Source: Octopus vulgaris (lineage: Eukaryota). From it: a stretch of DNA of 64,000 nucleotides. Position 1 is the first letter of the stretch; the number at the start of each line of letters is the position of its first letter. Positions 24,874-38,059 of the stretch are shown here, piece by piece. The translations under genes were made by a program, and so were the position numbers. The stretch lies in the NCBI GenBank assembly GCA_951406725.2, contig OX597814.1, forward strand, positions 182,776,001 to 182,840,000, read 5' to 3'. The notes below the pieces were generated by a model that was not told the origin of the DNA, searched no databases, and worked only from the letters and a program-made list of their open reading frames with translations.

Positions 24874-25295
24874 TATTTTTTTACTACCCACAAGGGGCTA
24901 AACACAGAGAGGACAAACAAGGACAGACAAACGGATTAAATCGATTATATCGACCCCAGTGCTTAACTGGTACTTATTTAATCGACCCCGAAAGGATGAA
25001 AGGCAAAGTCGACCTCGGCGGAATTTGAACTCACAACGTAACGGCGGACGAAATACCTATTTCTATTTCTTTATTACCCACAAGGGGCTAAACACAGAGG
25101 GGACAAACAAGGACAGACATAGGTATTAAGTCGATTACATCGACCCCAGTGCGTAACTGGTACTTAATTTATCGACCCCGAAAGGCTGAAAGGCAAAGTC
25201 GACCTCGGCGGAATTTGAACTCACAACGTAACGCAGACGAAATACTGCTACGCATTTCGCCCGGCGTGTTAATGTTTTTGCCAGCTCGCCGCCTT
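24874..25295 (-). mobile_element. Meta-domain-like SINE, head plus 2 units
   Basis: TSD AAGCTATGCA.CCTAT. Confidence 0.9.
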
Positions 25296-25804
25296 CTAAG
25301 CTATGCAACCTATCGAGTGACATTACTCCAGACACCCTTCGGAGTGTAGTGAAATCTAGAATCGAACCTAAAATTCTCAGTTACCAGGTCGAGACTAAGG
25401 GGCGATTACGCTAAAGTCATACGGTCGATCCTGATTATCAGCCAATCAGCTTGCAGCGATAGCATGCCATATCATGAACAGAATCGAACATGCTATTACC
25501 TTTGGCACGCTTTTCTCAGATTTAAGCCACTTCGCGCCAAGAGCAATCACTGAGTTTTTTGAGAGCCACTAGAAAACATACATCCTAACCTGTTGCCAAG
25601 CAACACCAGGTTTTCCTTTGCTGAATACAGCTAGAAATGAAAGGAATCCATGTTCCTAATTGCAGACCAAAATCTTTCCTGCTTCTCAAAACATTCTAAT
25701 CACAACTATGTTACACTGAAGTTCGGTTTTTGATTTCCTACTACATTACCAACAGTCATTATAAGTTTCTTTCAATTGTTCTGTTCAATAAATATTATAA
25801 TATA

Positions 25805-26220
25805 TATTTCTTTATTGCCCACAAGGGGCTAAACATAGAGGGGACAAACAAGGACAGACAAACGGATTAAGTCGATTACATCGACCCCAGTGCGTAACTG
25901 GTACTCTATATATCGACCTCGAAAGGATGAACGGCAAAGTTGACCTCGGCGGAATTTGAACTCAGAACGTAACGAAAGACGAAATACCCAGATTTGTGGG
26001 TACACAAGGGGCTAGACACAGAGAGGACAAACAAGGACAGACAAACGGATTAAATCGATTATATCGACCCCAGTGCTTAACTGGTACTTTATTTAATCGA
26101 CCCCGAAAGGATGAAAGGCAAAGTCGACCTCAGCGGAATTTGAACTCAGAACGTAACGGCAGCCGAAATAACGCTAAGCATTTCGCCCGACGTGCTAACG
26201 ATTCTGCCAGCTCGCCGCCT
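25805..26220 (-). mobile_element. Meta-domain-like SINE, head plus 2 units
   Basis: TSD TATTATAATATA. Confidence 0.88.
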
Positions 26221-26404
26221 TATTATAATATAAATATACTATCATGTTTGCATCTGTTTTTTTTTTGGTGTAGCACGCAGCCGAAGTTAATAACGGTAAC
26301 CAATAACTCACCAGTGAATCGTCGAAGATGGTGCAAACATACATTCTCAGTGCGACAGGACAAACCCCATCTCAGCCGATTGTATTCTCGGTATACTACA
26401 CTAT

Positions 26405-26628
26405 AAGGCGGCGAGCTGGCAGAAATGTTAGCATGCCGGGCGAAATGTGTAGCCGTATTTCGTCTGCTGTTACGTTCTGAGTTCAAATTTCGCCGAAGTC
26501 GACTTTGCCTTTCATCTTTTCGGGGTCGATAAATTAAGTACCAGTTACGCACTAGGATCGATGTAATCCGCTTGTCTGTTTTTGTTTGTCCCCTCTGTGT
26601 TTAGTCCCTTGTGGGTAATAAAGAAATA
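26405..26628 (+). mobile_element. Meta-domain-like SINE, head plus 1 unit
   Basis: Head AAGGCGGCGAGCTGGCAGAA through tail AAAGAAATAG. Confidence 0.88.
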
Positions 26629-26659
26629 GGTATACAATACAGAATCACTTTGCCATAGA

Positions 26660-27340
26660 CTGCGCTACACTTATACGGTGCCATATTGTATTACACTTCA
26701 CTATACAGCACTGCACTCCACAAAACTAAACTGTACTAAACTGTACACTACAAAGCACAACACTGCTGTGCAACACTGTATTGCATTAAACTGCACTATA
26801 TTGCACTGCGCTACAATGTACTGTACAATACTTCACTACACTACGTTACACTGTATTGCACTACCCTACGCAACATCACACTACACTAACTAGCACTCCG
26901 TCGGTTACAACGACGAGGGTGTTCCATTTGATTCATGAAATTAACGTCCAAGTGGTTGAGCACTCCACAGACATGTGTACCCTTAATATAGCTCTCGGGG
27001 CAATTCAACGTGACACGGAACGTGTCAAGGCTGGCCCTTTGAAATACAGGTACTACTCATCTTTGGCAGCTGAGTGTACTGGAGCAACGTGAAATAAAGT
27101 GTCTTGCTCAAGTATACAACGCGTCGCCGGAACTTGAACTCACGACCTTACTATTGTGAGCCGTTTACCCTAACCACTAAGCCATGCACCTCTACGCTAC
27201 ATTGTCCTGCGCTACACAGCAATACACTACACTAAACTTCATTGTGCTACACTACACCAAACTCTCCTATGTTACACAGCACTACTCTGTGTTGCACTGA
27301 ATTACTCGACACAACACGATAATACACTATACTACAATAA
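26660..27340. repeat. Degenerate (CACTA)n pentanucleotide tract interrupted by a minus-strand V-like SINE at 26893-27192
   Basis: 5-bp periodicity on both sides; the insert matches the reverse complement of 18031-18355. Confidence 0.8.
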
Positions 27341-27509
27341 ACGAAATTGCATGAACCAATTGTGGTCAATCGACTTTACAGGAAATAGCAATCGAATATT
27401 TATCAGATTGCACCCAACCATCTTAAGAAGGGCAATGGCACATTAAGCATTGTAGTCCTAGATACAACACTATCTAAAACTATGTGATGGAATGCTTTTG
27501 ACCCTAAGT

Positions 27510-28120
27510 GTTGATACATCAATTAGAAAGCATCGTTTGCCATCGTTTTATCACGATCCGTTGCTGTTCTAGTTTTAGTTTGGATTTCATTTGTTTTACA
27601 GCTTTTATTATTTCTTCTTTTTCTTCATAGTTGTTAGGTAGTATGACTTCTTGTTTGTATTTTGTCAGCTTCCTTAAATACTGAAAACAATTTTTTGTTT
27701 TACTCGTGTTTTGTGGCTATTTGTATTAGTTTTCCTTGCTTCTGAAGTAGGTATTTTTGCAGTCCTATAGTGGTTATTTTGTAATGGTTTGCTAGCTGTA
27801 TAAGGCCTCTACTACGTTCTATACGTCGTATATATAACCTTTCTATGTCAGATTTTGGGTGGTGCATCCTAAATCTTGTCATTATTTTTCTTGTTTTCCT
27901 GTCTATTTTGATTAGTTCATTTTGTGTCCAGTTAAGGATATTGTAGCTGTAACTTATAACTGGGACGGCTTAAGTTCTGGCGACGTGTTGATACCTATTA
28001 TCTTGTTTTTCGCATTGAGCTCTGTTTTCAGTATGAATCTAACCCATCTATAGTATTCTTTTTTCTCTTTCCTTTGTGTGTGTTGTATCGTATCTAGTTC
28101 ATTGATTCCTAAATATTTAC

Positions 28121-28187
<67 letters not shown>

Positions 28188-28750
28188 TAGTTTTATTTTT
28201 ATAGCGTGCTTTCACTTCACTACCGAGCGCAGCTCTGTGTGCCTTGGGTATGTGCTGTGGTTTGTTGTGATGCTCTGATGGTTATTGTATGGAAAGTGTT
28301 CTGCGTAGGATGTGTGCAGTGCCTAGTAGTGCAATTTTCTGTATGTTATATGTGTTTGTAAGTCCTGGTGTTTTTGTTATGTATTTGTCTGAATATTTTT
28401 TTATCATGCCTAATGCACCTACTATGATAGGAATTGTTTCTGTTTTCAGATTCCACATTCTAGTTACCTCTATTTCCAGGTCTTTGTATTTTGAGAGTTT
28501 CTCCATTTCTTTTAGAGACACGTTGTCATCTGCCGGTATTGATACATCAATTAGAAAGCATTTTTTTCTTCATGATCTCTGACAACTATATCTGGTCTGT
28601 TGGCCTTAATTTCTCTATCTGTGTGTATCGGCATATCCCAGAGTATGGTTGCTTTCTCGTTTTCTGTGACCTTTTCTGGTGTGTGCATATACCATCTTTT
28701 TTCTGTTGTTATTCCATAATGTTGGCATAGCTTCCAATGTATGTAGGTTC

Positions 28751-28805
<55 letters not shown>

Positions 28806-29390
28806 GAGTGAGAGAGCAGTGCATGCCATCAAAGTGACACTGGGGTAAAACATATGAAGCCCAGTATACCCATCATGACTACCCGTCACAATCATATGTG
28901 CGTGACATGGTGATCTCATATTAAGATTAACAACGCATGACCTTGCAGGTGGGGCCCAGTTAGAATTTTCTTCTGGTCGAGTAGCCCATCCCGCTCAAAA
29001 GGTCCCTGAATAAGGATTGTTTAAGGATGTTGAACGAACCACCCATGTTTCCAAAGGTGAATTATCCAAACCTCTAAGAATTCCTTTCAACACACGGCTA
29101 TGATGCCCCCCCCCCCACTACTTCTGCTCATGGCCAGAAATGCACATATCGTCAGCCACTATTGGACATGGTCAATTGGTTAAGGTCAAACAACTGACAG
29201 GCAAATCTGTGGTAGTGAGCAGAACATTTGCTGTAGCCCATCTTTTATACCAAGACAAAACAACGTACATGATAACGCTGCCAATCAGTTAAGATCAGAA
29301 GCCATGAGAGCCACTGCCTGGTACTGCATCAAGGCAATTATTATTATTATTATTGAGTGAGAGAGCAGTGCATGCCATCAAAGTGACACC
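27510..29390 (-). mobile_element. Cluster of R4/Dong-like fragments separated by (TTA)n tracts
   Basis: KYLGI..., MHHPKSDIERLY (post-RT region, 27600-28118); ILWDMPIHTDREIKANRPDIVV and EKLSKYKDLEIEV (endonuclease, 28282-28750); probable 3' UTRs at 28806-29335 and 29355-29390 abutting TTA repeats. Confidence 0.85.
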
Positions 29391-29695
29391 TGAAAAAAGT
29401 GACCGCCTTGTACAGTTCGCACACCCTAAGCTTTGTCATTGAACAGCACCGTACCTATAACTACATTATATAATAAAATGCCCTTTCTTTTTAACACGGT
29501 TGGATGTAACTTAAGGGAGATTTGGTTGCTATGTCTAGCAAGTCTAGCGACCACGTACTGTCCCCGAGTTTTGACTCAGCTCCATCAATCAAGCTGTAGT
29601 TATTCAACTTCGGGTGAGCTTTGAATGAGTAAACACCTATGATCAAATGAATTCCAGTTGCGTCTATAAAACCACTGTCTTTCAGTCTATAAATA

Positions 29696-29991
29696 TCTAT
29701 AAAGCTGAAATGCGAAAAAGCTGTTTGATTTCTTGGTTGTCTCATTTTGGAATGGGAACGGTTTAATGGGGTCGGATTGGCGCCAAAATTTACACTGGGG
29801 TGTAAAATGGGGTGGGCAATGGTGTGAGGTGGGCTGCAAGTCGCTCGGGGCTACCGTTTGGTTGCCATGGTGAGGAATATGGGAAAGGCAAAGAAGACGA
29901 ACAAAAGAAGAACGGGAAAAGGAGACAACACGCACAAAACAACACCACCACCAAAACCCGAGCGAAGCACGGAACGGATCAAAATAGCTAG
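29696..29991 (+). mobile_element. Probable non-autonomous Helitron (third family)
   Basis: A|TCTATAAAG start; 3' CCCGAGCGAAGCACGG imperfect hairpin followed by CTAG|T. Confidence 0.55.
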
Positions 29992-30143
29992 TCTAGTTAT
30001 ATTTCAGGCCTTGTACCTATCTTAGAAAGAATTATTATCTTTAAGGCGGTAAGTTGGCAGAATCGTTAGCGCACCAGGAAAAAAAATAATAAGAAAAAAC
30101 TCTGCGACATCTCTTCTGGCTCTTTCCGTTGAGTTCAAATACC

Positions 30144-31128
30144 TATTTCTTTACTACCCACAAGGGGCTAAACACAGAGGAGACAAACAAGGACAGACAA
30201 ACGGATTAAGTTGATTATATCGACCGCAGTGCGTAACAGGTACTTATTTAATCGACCCCGAAAGGATGAAAGGCAAAGTCGACCTCGGCTGAATTTGAAC
30301 TCACAACGTAGCGGCAGACGAAATACCTATTTCTTTACTACCCACAAGGGACTAAACGCAGAAGGGACAAACAAGGACAGACAAACGGATTAAGTCGATT
30401 ATATCGACACCAGTGCGTAACTGGTACTTATTTAATCGACCGCGAAAGGATGAAAGGCAAAGTCGACCTCGGCGGAATTTGAACTCAGAACGTAGCGGTA
30501 GACGAAATACTTATTTCTTTACTACCCACAAGGGACTAAACACAGAAGGGACAAACAAGGACAGACAAACGGATTAAGTCGATTATATCGACACCAGTGC
30601 GTACCTGGTACTTATTTAATCGACCCCGAAAGGATGAAAGGCAAAGTCGACCTCGGCGGAATTTGAACTCAGAACGTAGCGGCAGACGAAATACCTATTT
30701 CTTTACTACCCACAAGGGACTAAACAGAGAAGGGACTAAACACAGAAGGGACAAACAAGGACAGACAAACGGATTAAGTCGATTCCATCGACCCCAGTGC
30801 GTAACTGGTAGTTATTTAATCGACCCCGAAAGGATGAAAAGCAAAGTCGACCTCGGTGGAATTTGAACTCAGAACGTTACGGCAGACGAAATACCTATTT
30901 CTTTATTACCCACAAGGGGCTAAACACAGAGGGGACAAACAAGGACAGACATAGGTATTAAGTCGATTACATAGACCCCAGTGCATAACTGGTACTTAAT
31001 TTATCGACCCCGAAAGGATGAAAGGCAAAGTCGACCTCGGTGGAATTTGGACTCAGAACGTAGCGGTAGACGAAATACCGCTAAGCATTTCGCCCGGCAT
31101 GCTAACGTTTGTGCCAGCTTGACGCCTT
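30144..31128 (-). mobile_element. Meta-domain-like SINE, head plus 5 units, inserted antisense into the B box of an older SINE of the same family (30043-31280, + strand)
   Basis: AAATAC at 30137, 30321, 30505, 30689, 30889 and 31073 (period 184, one interval of 200 with a 16-bp duplication); TSD CGTTGAGTTC.AATACC. Confidence 0.92.
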
Positions 31129-31436
31129 AAAGTGACGTTGAGTTCTAATACCGCCGAGGTCAACTTCGCCTTTCATCTTTTTAGGTCGCTGAAATAAAGT
31201 ACCAGTCAAGTACTGAGATTGATGTAATCGACTTAGCCCTTCCCCTAAAATTACTGGCCATGTTTCAAAATTTGAAACGCTTATATTATATATTGGAGTT
31301 TTTGAACAACGACGTCGTTGTTTACAGGATGGGTCAATCATCGCCTGATTTCAGCTTGATGCAGTGAGTGACTAAGAAGGTCACCGCTTTTCGGTTTCTC
31401 GATGTTGTTTATATCCTTGGCCGATATACATTGGCC

Positions 31437-31451
31437 ACACACACACACACA

Positions 31452-31542
<91 letters not shown>
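31437..31542. repeat. (CA)n microsatellite
   Basis: Directly visible. Confidence 0.97.
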
Positions 31543-31545
<3 letters not shown>

Positions 31546-32949
31546 ACGGGATTCTGCACTGTTTCCGTCGACCAAATTCCAAACACACTTAACGAAGGCA
31601 CTTTTACGTGATATTTCGATTTGCTAGAAAGAGTAGTTAAAGCTCACATAAATCACACCCTACCGCATTGGTTAAAAAACAAAACAAAACAAAACAAACA
31701 AAAAGAAGCTTGCGTGCGATGAGATAATGTGGTTTTGGGATCCCTGCCCCATGAAAAAAGATGGAATGGTCACGGCCGGAATGCAGGTCAAGCGACCACG
31801 AAGAGATATCTTGTTGCTAATGCTGCTGCTGATGCAGGTAGTATGTTGTTGCTTTGGCTAAGAATTGGTCTTGTGTTCTGCCCTTCCCCCCCTAATGGTG
31901 ATAAGTTTATTGTATCTGTTATGGGCAACTATTATGTGGTATCTGTTATTGTTGTTGTTGTTGTTGTTATGTAACCCTAGGTCAACTCCAAATGTGCAGA
32001 CAGACATATGATGAAAAGGTGTTCCAGTTATGTCCATCCCAGCTTCTTCCTCGGCGCAATGATCCCTGATCGATATCATTTAACACATTCTTTTCTAAGA
32101 GAGCGAGGTGCAATTGGAGAGAGATTTTGCTATTATTTCTAGCAAATGACGCTACCACAAAAGGCCCTTTAAATTTCTGCGTTATTTCTCGTCCCGATTT
32201 CTCTTCCTCTTCTTTTCTTTCTTTTTGCTACTATCACTTTCATTTTCGAGTTTCCGCACCTACATCGAAATGGCGACAAAACAAAACAAAACCGAAAGCT
32301 ACCTTGCGGTATTTCTTTTCACTTCTTTACATTCAGATTCAAATCCCGCTGAGGTCAATCTTAACCTTTCATCCCTCTAGGGTCGTTAAAATAAGGTTCC
32401 GGTCAAGTACTGAGCCAATGTTATCGCCTCACCCACCCTTCTAAAAATTGCCAGCGCCGAGTCTAAATTAAAGCAATTATTGACGCTTCTATAATATCCT
32501 CAACTCTACACAAGAAACAGAAACATTCGGCACCTTTACACCGCTGTTGCTTTTTACAGAGGTCACCCTTCCATTTTATGGTGCCTAATTTACAGCTCGG
32601 TAGACCTGGGACCTTTAGAAGTTGAGTCTCGATAATTAAATAAATATGCAAACTCGTCTGCAGTTCGGCTGATTGTTACAATGTCTTTCGCTATCCGCTT
32701 CGCTTCTGTTGTCGTTCCTGTTATTGTTATTGTTATTGTTGCTCTCGCTGTTTATTTAACGACTCCCTCTCGGTCGGTGTGTTACGATTTATGATAGAAC
32801 CGACTTACATTCAAAGATGTTCCATCCTTGTCCATCCTATCACCCCCCGCCCCACAACTCTCTAGCATGCTGTATCAAGGGCCACATTATCTAAAGGAGC
32901 ACCCCACCTTCATTCTTTGTTTTCCTTTGAAGACGGAAGTATACAGTTT

Positions 32950-33013
32950 AAAAAGAAATTTGGCTGCTATTTCTAGCAATTAGTAGAGGCTCTCCGACGA
33001 TATTATAGTTACT

Positions 33014-33070
<57 letters not shown>

Positions 33071-33130
33071 TAAAGGAAATTTGGCTGTGATTTCTAGCAA
33101 TTAGTAGAGGCTCTCCGACGATATTATTGT

Positions 33131-33177
<47 letters not shown>

Positions 33178-33239
33178 ATTTAAAGGAAATTTGGCTGCTA
33201 TTTCTAGCAATTAGTAGAGGCTCTCCGACGATATTATAG

Positions 33240-33296
<57 letters not shown>

Positions 33297-33359
33297 ATTT
33301 AAAGGAAATTTGGCTGCGGTTTCTAGCAATTAGTAGAGGCTCTCCGACGATATTATTGT

Positions 33360-33412
<53 letters not shown>

Positions 33413-33770
33413 ATTTAAAGGAAATTTGGCTGCGATTTCTAGCAATTAGTAGAGGCTCTCCGACGATATTATAGCTACTACTACTACTACTACTAATTTA
33501 AAGGAAATTTGGCTGCGATTTCTAGCAATTAGTAGAGGCTCTCCGACGATATTATAGCTACTACTACTACTACTACTAATTTAAAGGAAATTTGGCTGCG
33601 ATTTCTAGCAATTAGTAGAGGCTCTCCGACGATATTATAGCTACTACTACTACTACTACTAATTTAAAGGAAATTTGGCTGCGATTTCTAGCAATTAGTA
33701 GAGGCTCTCCGACGATATTATAGTTACCACTACTACTACTACTACTAGTACTAGTAGTACTACTACTACT
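32950..33770. repeat. Compound minisatellite: 8 copies of a ~60-bp core separated by variable-length (CTA)n
   Basis: AAAGGAAATTTGGCTGCGATTTCTAGCAATTAGTAGAGGCTCTCCGACGATATTATAG near 32951, 33071, 33181, 33300, 33417, 33499, 33582 and 33665. Confidence 0.95.
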
Positions 33771-33792
33771 ACACCACACACACATACACACG

Positions 33793-33835
<43 letters not shown>

Positions 33836-33879
33836 TGTTGGTGTTGCTGTGTGCTTAAAGACAGATTTACTGCTGCTAA

Positions 33880-34300
33880 TATTTAACGCAGCTGGTGCTA
33901 CTCGTGCTGCTGCTGTCGGTCCTATCATTACACCTAAATTGCTGCTGCTGCTGCTACCGCTACTACTGCCACTGTATAATCTACTGCAGATATATTATTA
34001 TTATTATTATTGTTATTACAGTTTATTGCTGTTGTGTTACTGTTACCGCTTCAACGGATGCTGCTGTTCCTGTTATTGCTGCTGCTGCTGCTACTACTGC
34101 TGCTGCTACTGTTGTTATTTGCAGTTGCTGTTACCACTGCTGCCACCGTTGCTACTATTGCTGCTGCTGTTGCTGCTGTTGCTGCTAGTGTTGACAAGCG
34201 GAGCTGTGGCGGTCGTCCGTCCGTCAAATCGTCAAAAATCCAGCTGATGACGATGGTGTTGGATTGCTGCTGCTGTTGTTGTTGTTATTGTTGTTTTATC
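33880..34300. repeat. Degenerate trinucleotide tract (CTG/TTG/CTA/TTA)
   Basis: Directly visible; it produces the poly-L/C/A ORFs. Confidence 0.9.
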
Positions 34301-34644
34301 GTAACCGTTGTCCAACCGACCGATGACAATCAGTCACGCTGCGGTGAATCTTACACCGGGAATAACTAAAAAAAAAAAAAAAAAACCCCAAAAATACTAC
34401 TCCTGTCCTCCCCACTTCTTCCATATATCATTTATGCCGTCGTATTATCCGATTAGAGCGATAGAGAGAAGGAGAGAGAAAGATACTAAGGTACGTATGG
34501 CTAGTATTATACTTGCCTTTTTACAGCTTTCACTTAAAAATCCGATTTTCACATTACATCACATAACGTCATCGATGTTTAAGATTTACTGTATCTTTTT
34601 TGTTGTTTTGTTCGTTCTATGATTTCATTTTCGTTCTTCTTTCC

Positions 34645-34975
34645 GAATACACACACACACAAACTGATATATACATATATGCATGCAAACAGACATACGA
34701 TACATACACATATACACACACATAAACACATACGTACATATGCAGACACGCACAGACACAGGCACACACTGATATATACGTATATGCATGCAAACAGACA
34801 TACGATACATACACATATACACGCATATACACACATACACACATACGTACACATGCAGACACAGACACACACACACACTGATATATACGTATATGCATGG
34901 AAACAGACATACGACACATACACATATACACGCATATACACACATAAACACATACGTACATATGCAGACACGCAC

Positions 34976-35022
<47 letters not shown>

Positions 35023-35130
35023 CACATCGATACATAGATGCTTATACACGTAGATGCATAGTACTTATACTCGCAGATACATTCATATATACATACATAC
35101 ATATATGCATACATGCACGCACACATACAA
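34645..35130. repeat. CA/TA-rich minisatellite, three ~107-bp units plus simple repeats
   Basis: CTGATATATAC.TATATGCATG recurs near 34663, 34769 and 34877. Confidence 0.85.
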
Positions 35131-35644
35131 ACAAATACATGTACATTGTATATATAAACCGCGAATCGCTAGAATTATGCGGTGTATTTTACGCGCTGTT
35201 GTCCAAACCTCAGACGACCCTTGACCTATGACGAAAGGTAATTCATCTTTTAGCTGTACGTCTTATCTTAACTAAACCATTTAAACGTATCATTCGCTTT
35301 ATTTTAGACCGTAAGGTGCAATACGAAGATTTGGTTTTGTTATCGAGTGATCTCATTGTGGGTCTTATGTAGTATTGTTATAGTTTAGCAGTGAAGTGTA
35401 GTGTAGTGTAGTGGATTTCCGCCGTCTTTCGATATATATAGATAGAAACACTGTTGTATATATGTGTGTGTGTGTATTTCTATTTATGTGTATGTATATG
35501 TGTTGTGTGTCTGTCTGTGTATGTGTAAATGTGTGTGTGGGTGAGTTAATTGTTCACTTGATAAGCTCAGTAGAAAGAACGGTGTTTACATTTTTTGTGT
35601 GTATGTGCATGTGTGTGTTTGTGTGTGCGTGTGTGCGTGTGTGC

Positions 35645-35684
<40 letters not shown>

Positions 35685-35923
35685 TATGTTGTCTCTAAGC
35701 ATACGTTTGTTGTTTGGTGTTGTTATTCAGGCCCCAGGTCAGTTCCAAGCGGACACACCCTACTATCAAAAACGTCGTTACAGGCATGACCATCCTGCCA
35801 TTAGTCATTATATATATATATATATATATATATATAACATTAAATTTAGGGTAAAAATTGATATTTATCAATTAGAACCAGTGGTCTAGCATATTAAAGA
35901 AAGAATCCGAAGATTAAAATATT

Positions 35924-36167
35924 TATATATACCAATTAAGGACTGAACACGAAAAGTGGACAGTCAACATGCTAGATATAGACGTCAAATCGCCATTCTC
36001 CACAAAAAGTCTATGTTCTCAGATCAAACTCAACACAAAACCACTTGTTTATTGTTTTCGTTTTGTGTTGAGTTTGATCTGAGAACATAGACTTTTTGTG
36101 GAGAATGGCGATTTGACGTCTATATCTAGCATGTTGACTGTCCACTTTTCGTGTTCAGTCCTTAATT

Positions 36168-36177
<10 letters not shown>
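35924..36177. repeat. Perfect inverted repeat with 118-bp arms and an 18-bp spacer
   Basis: 35924-36041 is the reverse complement of 36060-36177; embedded in (TA)n. Confidence 0.95.
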
Positions 36178-36740
<563 letters not shown>

Positions 36741-37339
36741 AACTACATTATCTGTGTCCTGCTTTTTTTTAAAGTAATGTGTGATTTGAGAGAGACATAG
36801 CTGCTATTTCTAGCAAACCAAGCGGCTTCGTAGAGACAGGGCCTCGTTGACTCGTAATGTACGGTGACTGTGTTTACATGCATGTGCATTTGTTTGTATT
36901 TGAGTGCGTGGGTTGCTTCTGCAGTTGTTTAGCCCAAGGTTGTTGTTTAACCATGATCGAGCCGACCTGTGATCAAAGACTGTAATCCTGTTGCTTTTTT
37001 TCTTTCTTTTTTTTTTTTTTTTTTTGTATATCAGGGTCAACATTGTTTTATGTGACCTTCCTTTCTTCGCTTGCGTGGGTTTGATGCGTCAGGTGAAAGA
37101 AATATCGTACCTGATGTTTATTTCTGTATGAACATTCTAACTAACTGAGACTATCCCCGTATTCATTTCAGGCTATCTAGATCTATGTCTTTCATTGTTA
37201 AACGACGGTAGGATGTAATTTGAGCGAGATTTGGCTGCTATTTCTAGCAGGTCGAATGACCACGTAGAGGTTCTCCCTTTGATTTGCTAAGATGTGTGTA
37301 TTGTGTGATGTGTTGGTATATGTCTGCATGTATCGTTTA

Positions 37340-37540
37340 TATCTTTTTGTTGCTTCAGTCATATGACTGTGGCCATGCTGGGGCACCGCCTTAAAGGGTT
37401 TTAGTCGAACAAATCGACCGTGGAAATTATTTCTTAAGCCTAGTAATTATTCTATCGGTTTCTTTGCCGAATCGCTAGGTCACTAGGTCATAAAGTCACA
37501 AACACCGGTTGTCAAGCAGTGGTGGGGAAACACAGACACC

Positions 37541-37611
<71 letters not shown>

Positions 37612-37782
37612 ATACACACACGCACAACGGGCTTCTTTCAGTTTCCGTCTACAAAATCCACTCACAAGGTTTTGGTCGGCTCGAGGTAAATGTAGAAGTC
37701 ACTTGCCCAAAGGTGTCACGCAGTGGGACTGAACTCGGAACCGTGTGGTTGGAAAGCCAGCTTCTTATCATACAGCCGTGCC
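37340..37782 (-). mobile_element. CORE-like SINE with internal (CA)n
   Basis: Same head and tail as 7585-7981. Confidence 0.85.
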
Positions 37783-38059
37783 TGTAGAGTGCAGTGTACC
37801 TGTAAATGTGTTTTTGGGTGCACATGTACCTCTGTGCCGTCCCGTATGTGAGGCGTCCAGTGACTCCCCCACCCCACCCCATATATAAATGCACGCGCGA
37901 GTGAACGCGCACGCGTGTGTGTATGTATGTATGCATGTGTGTATGTATGTGAGTATATTATGAGCAATTAACAGGATAGGTTGTGTGACGGATACGGTAT
38001 AGTGTATGTGTGTAATAAATTTACCGGACACCATGTTTGTATGTATGTGTCTGTATAGG

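Noticed and set aside
32950-33770. CRISPR array
   Set aside because: Spacers are (CTA)n rather than unique sequence, the repeat is too long, no cas genes are present, and the context is eukaryotic
33849-35231. Cys/Leu/Ala-rich and HT/CV-rich ORFs
   Set aside because: Open in several frames because of simple repeats; no domain signal
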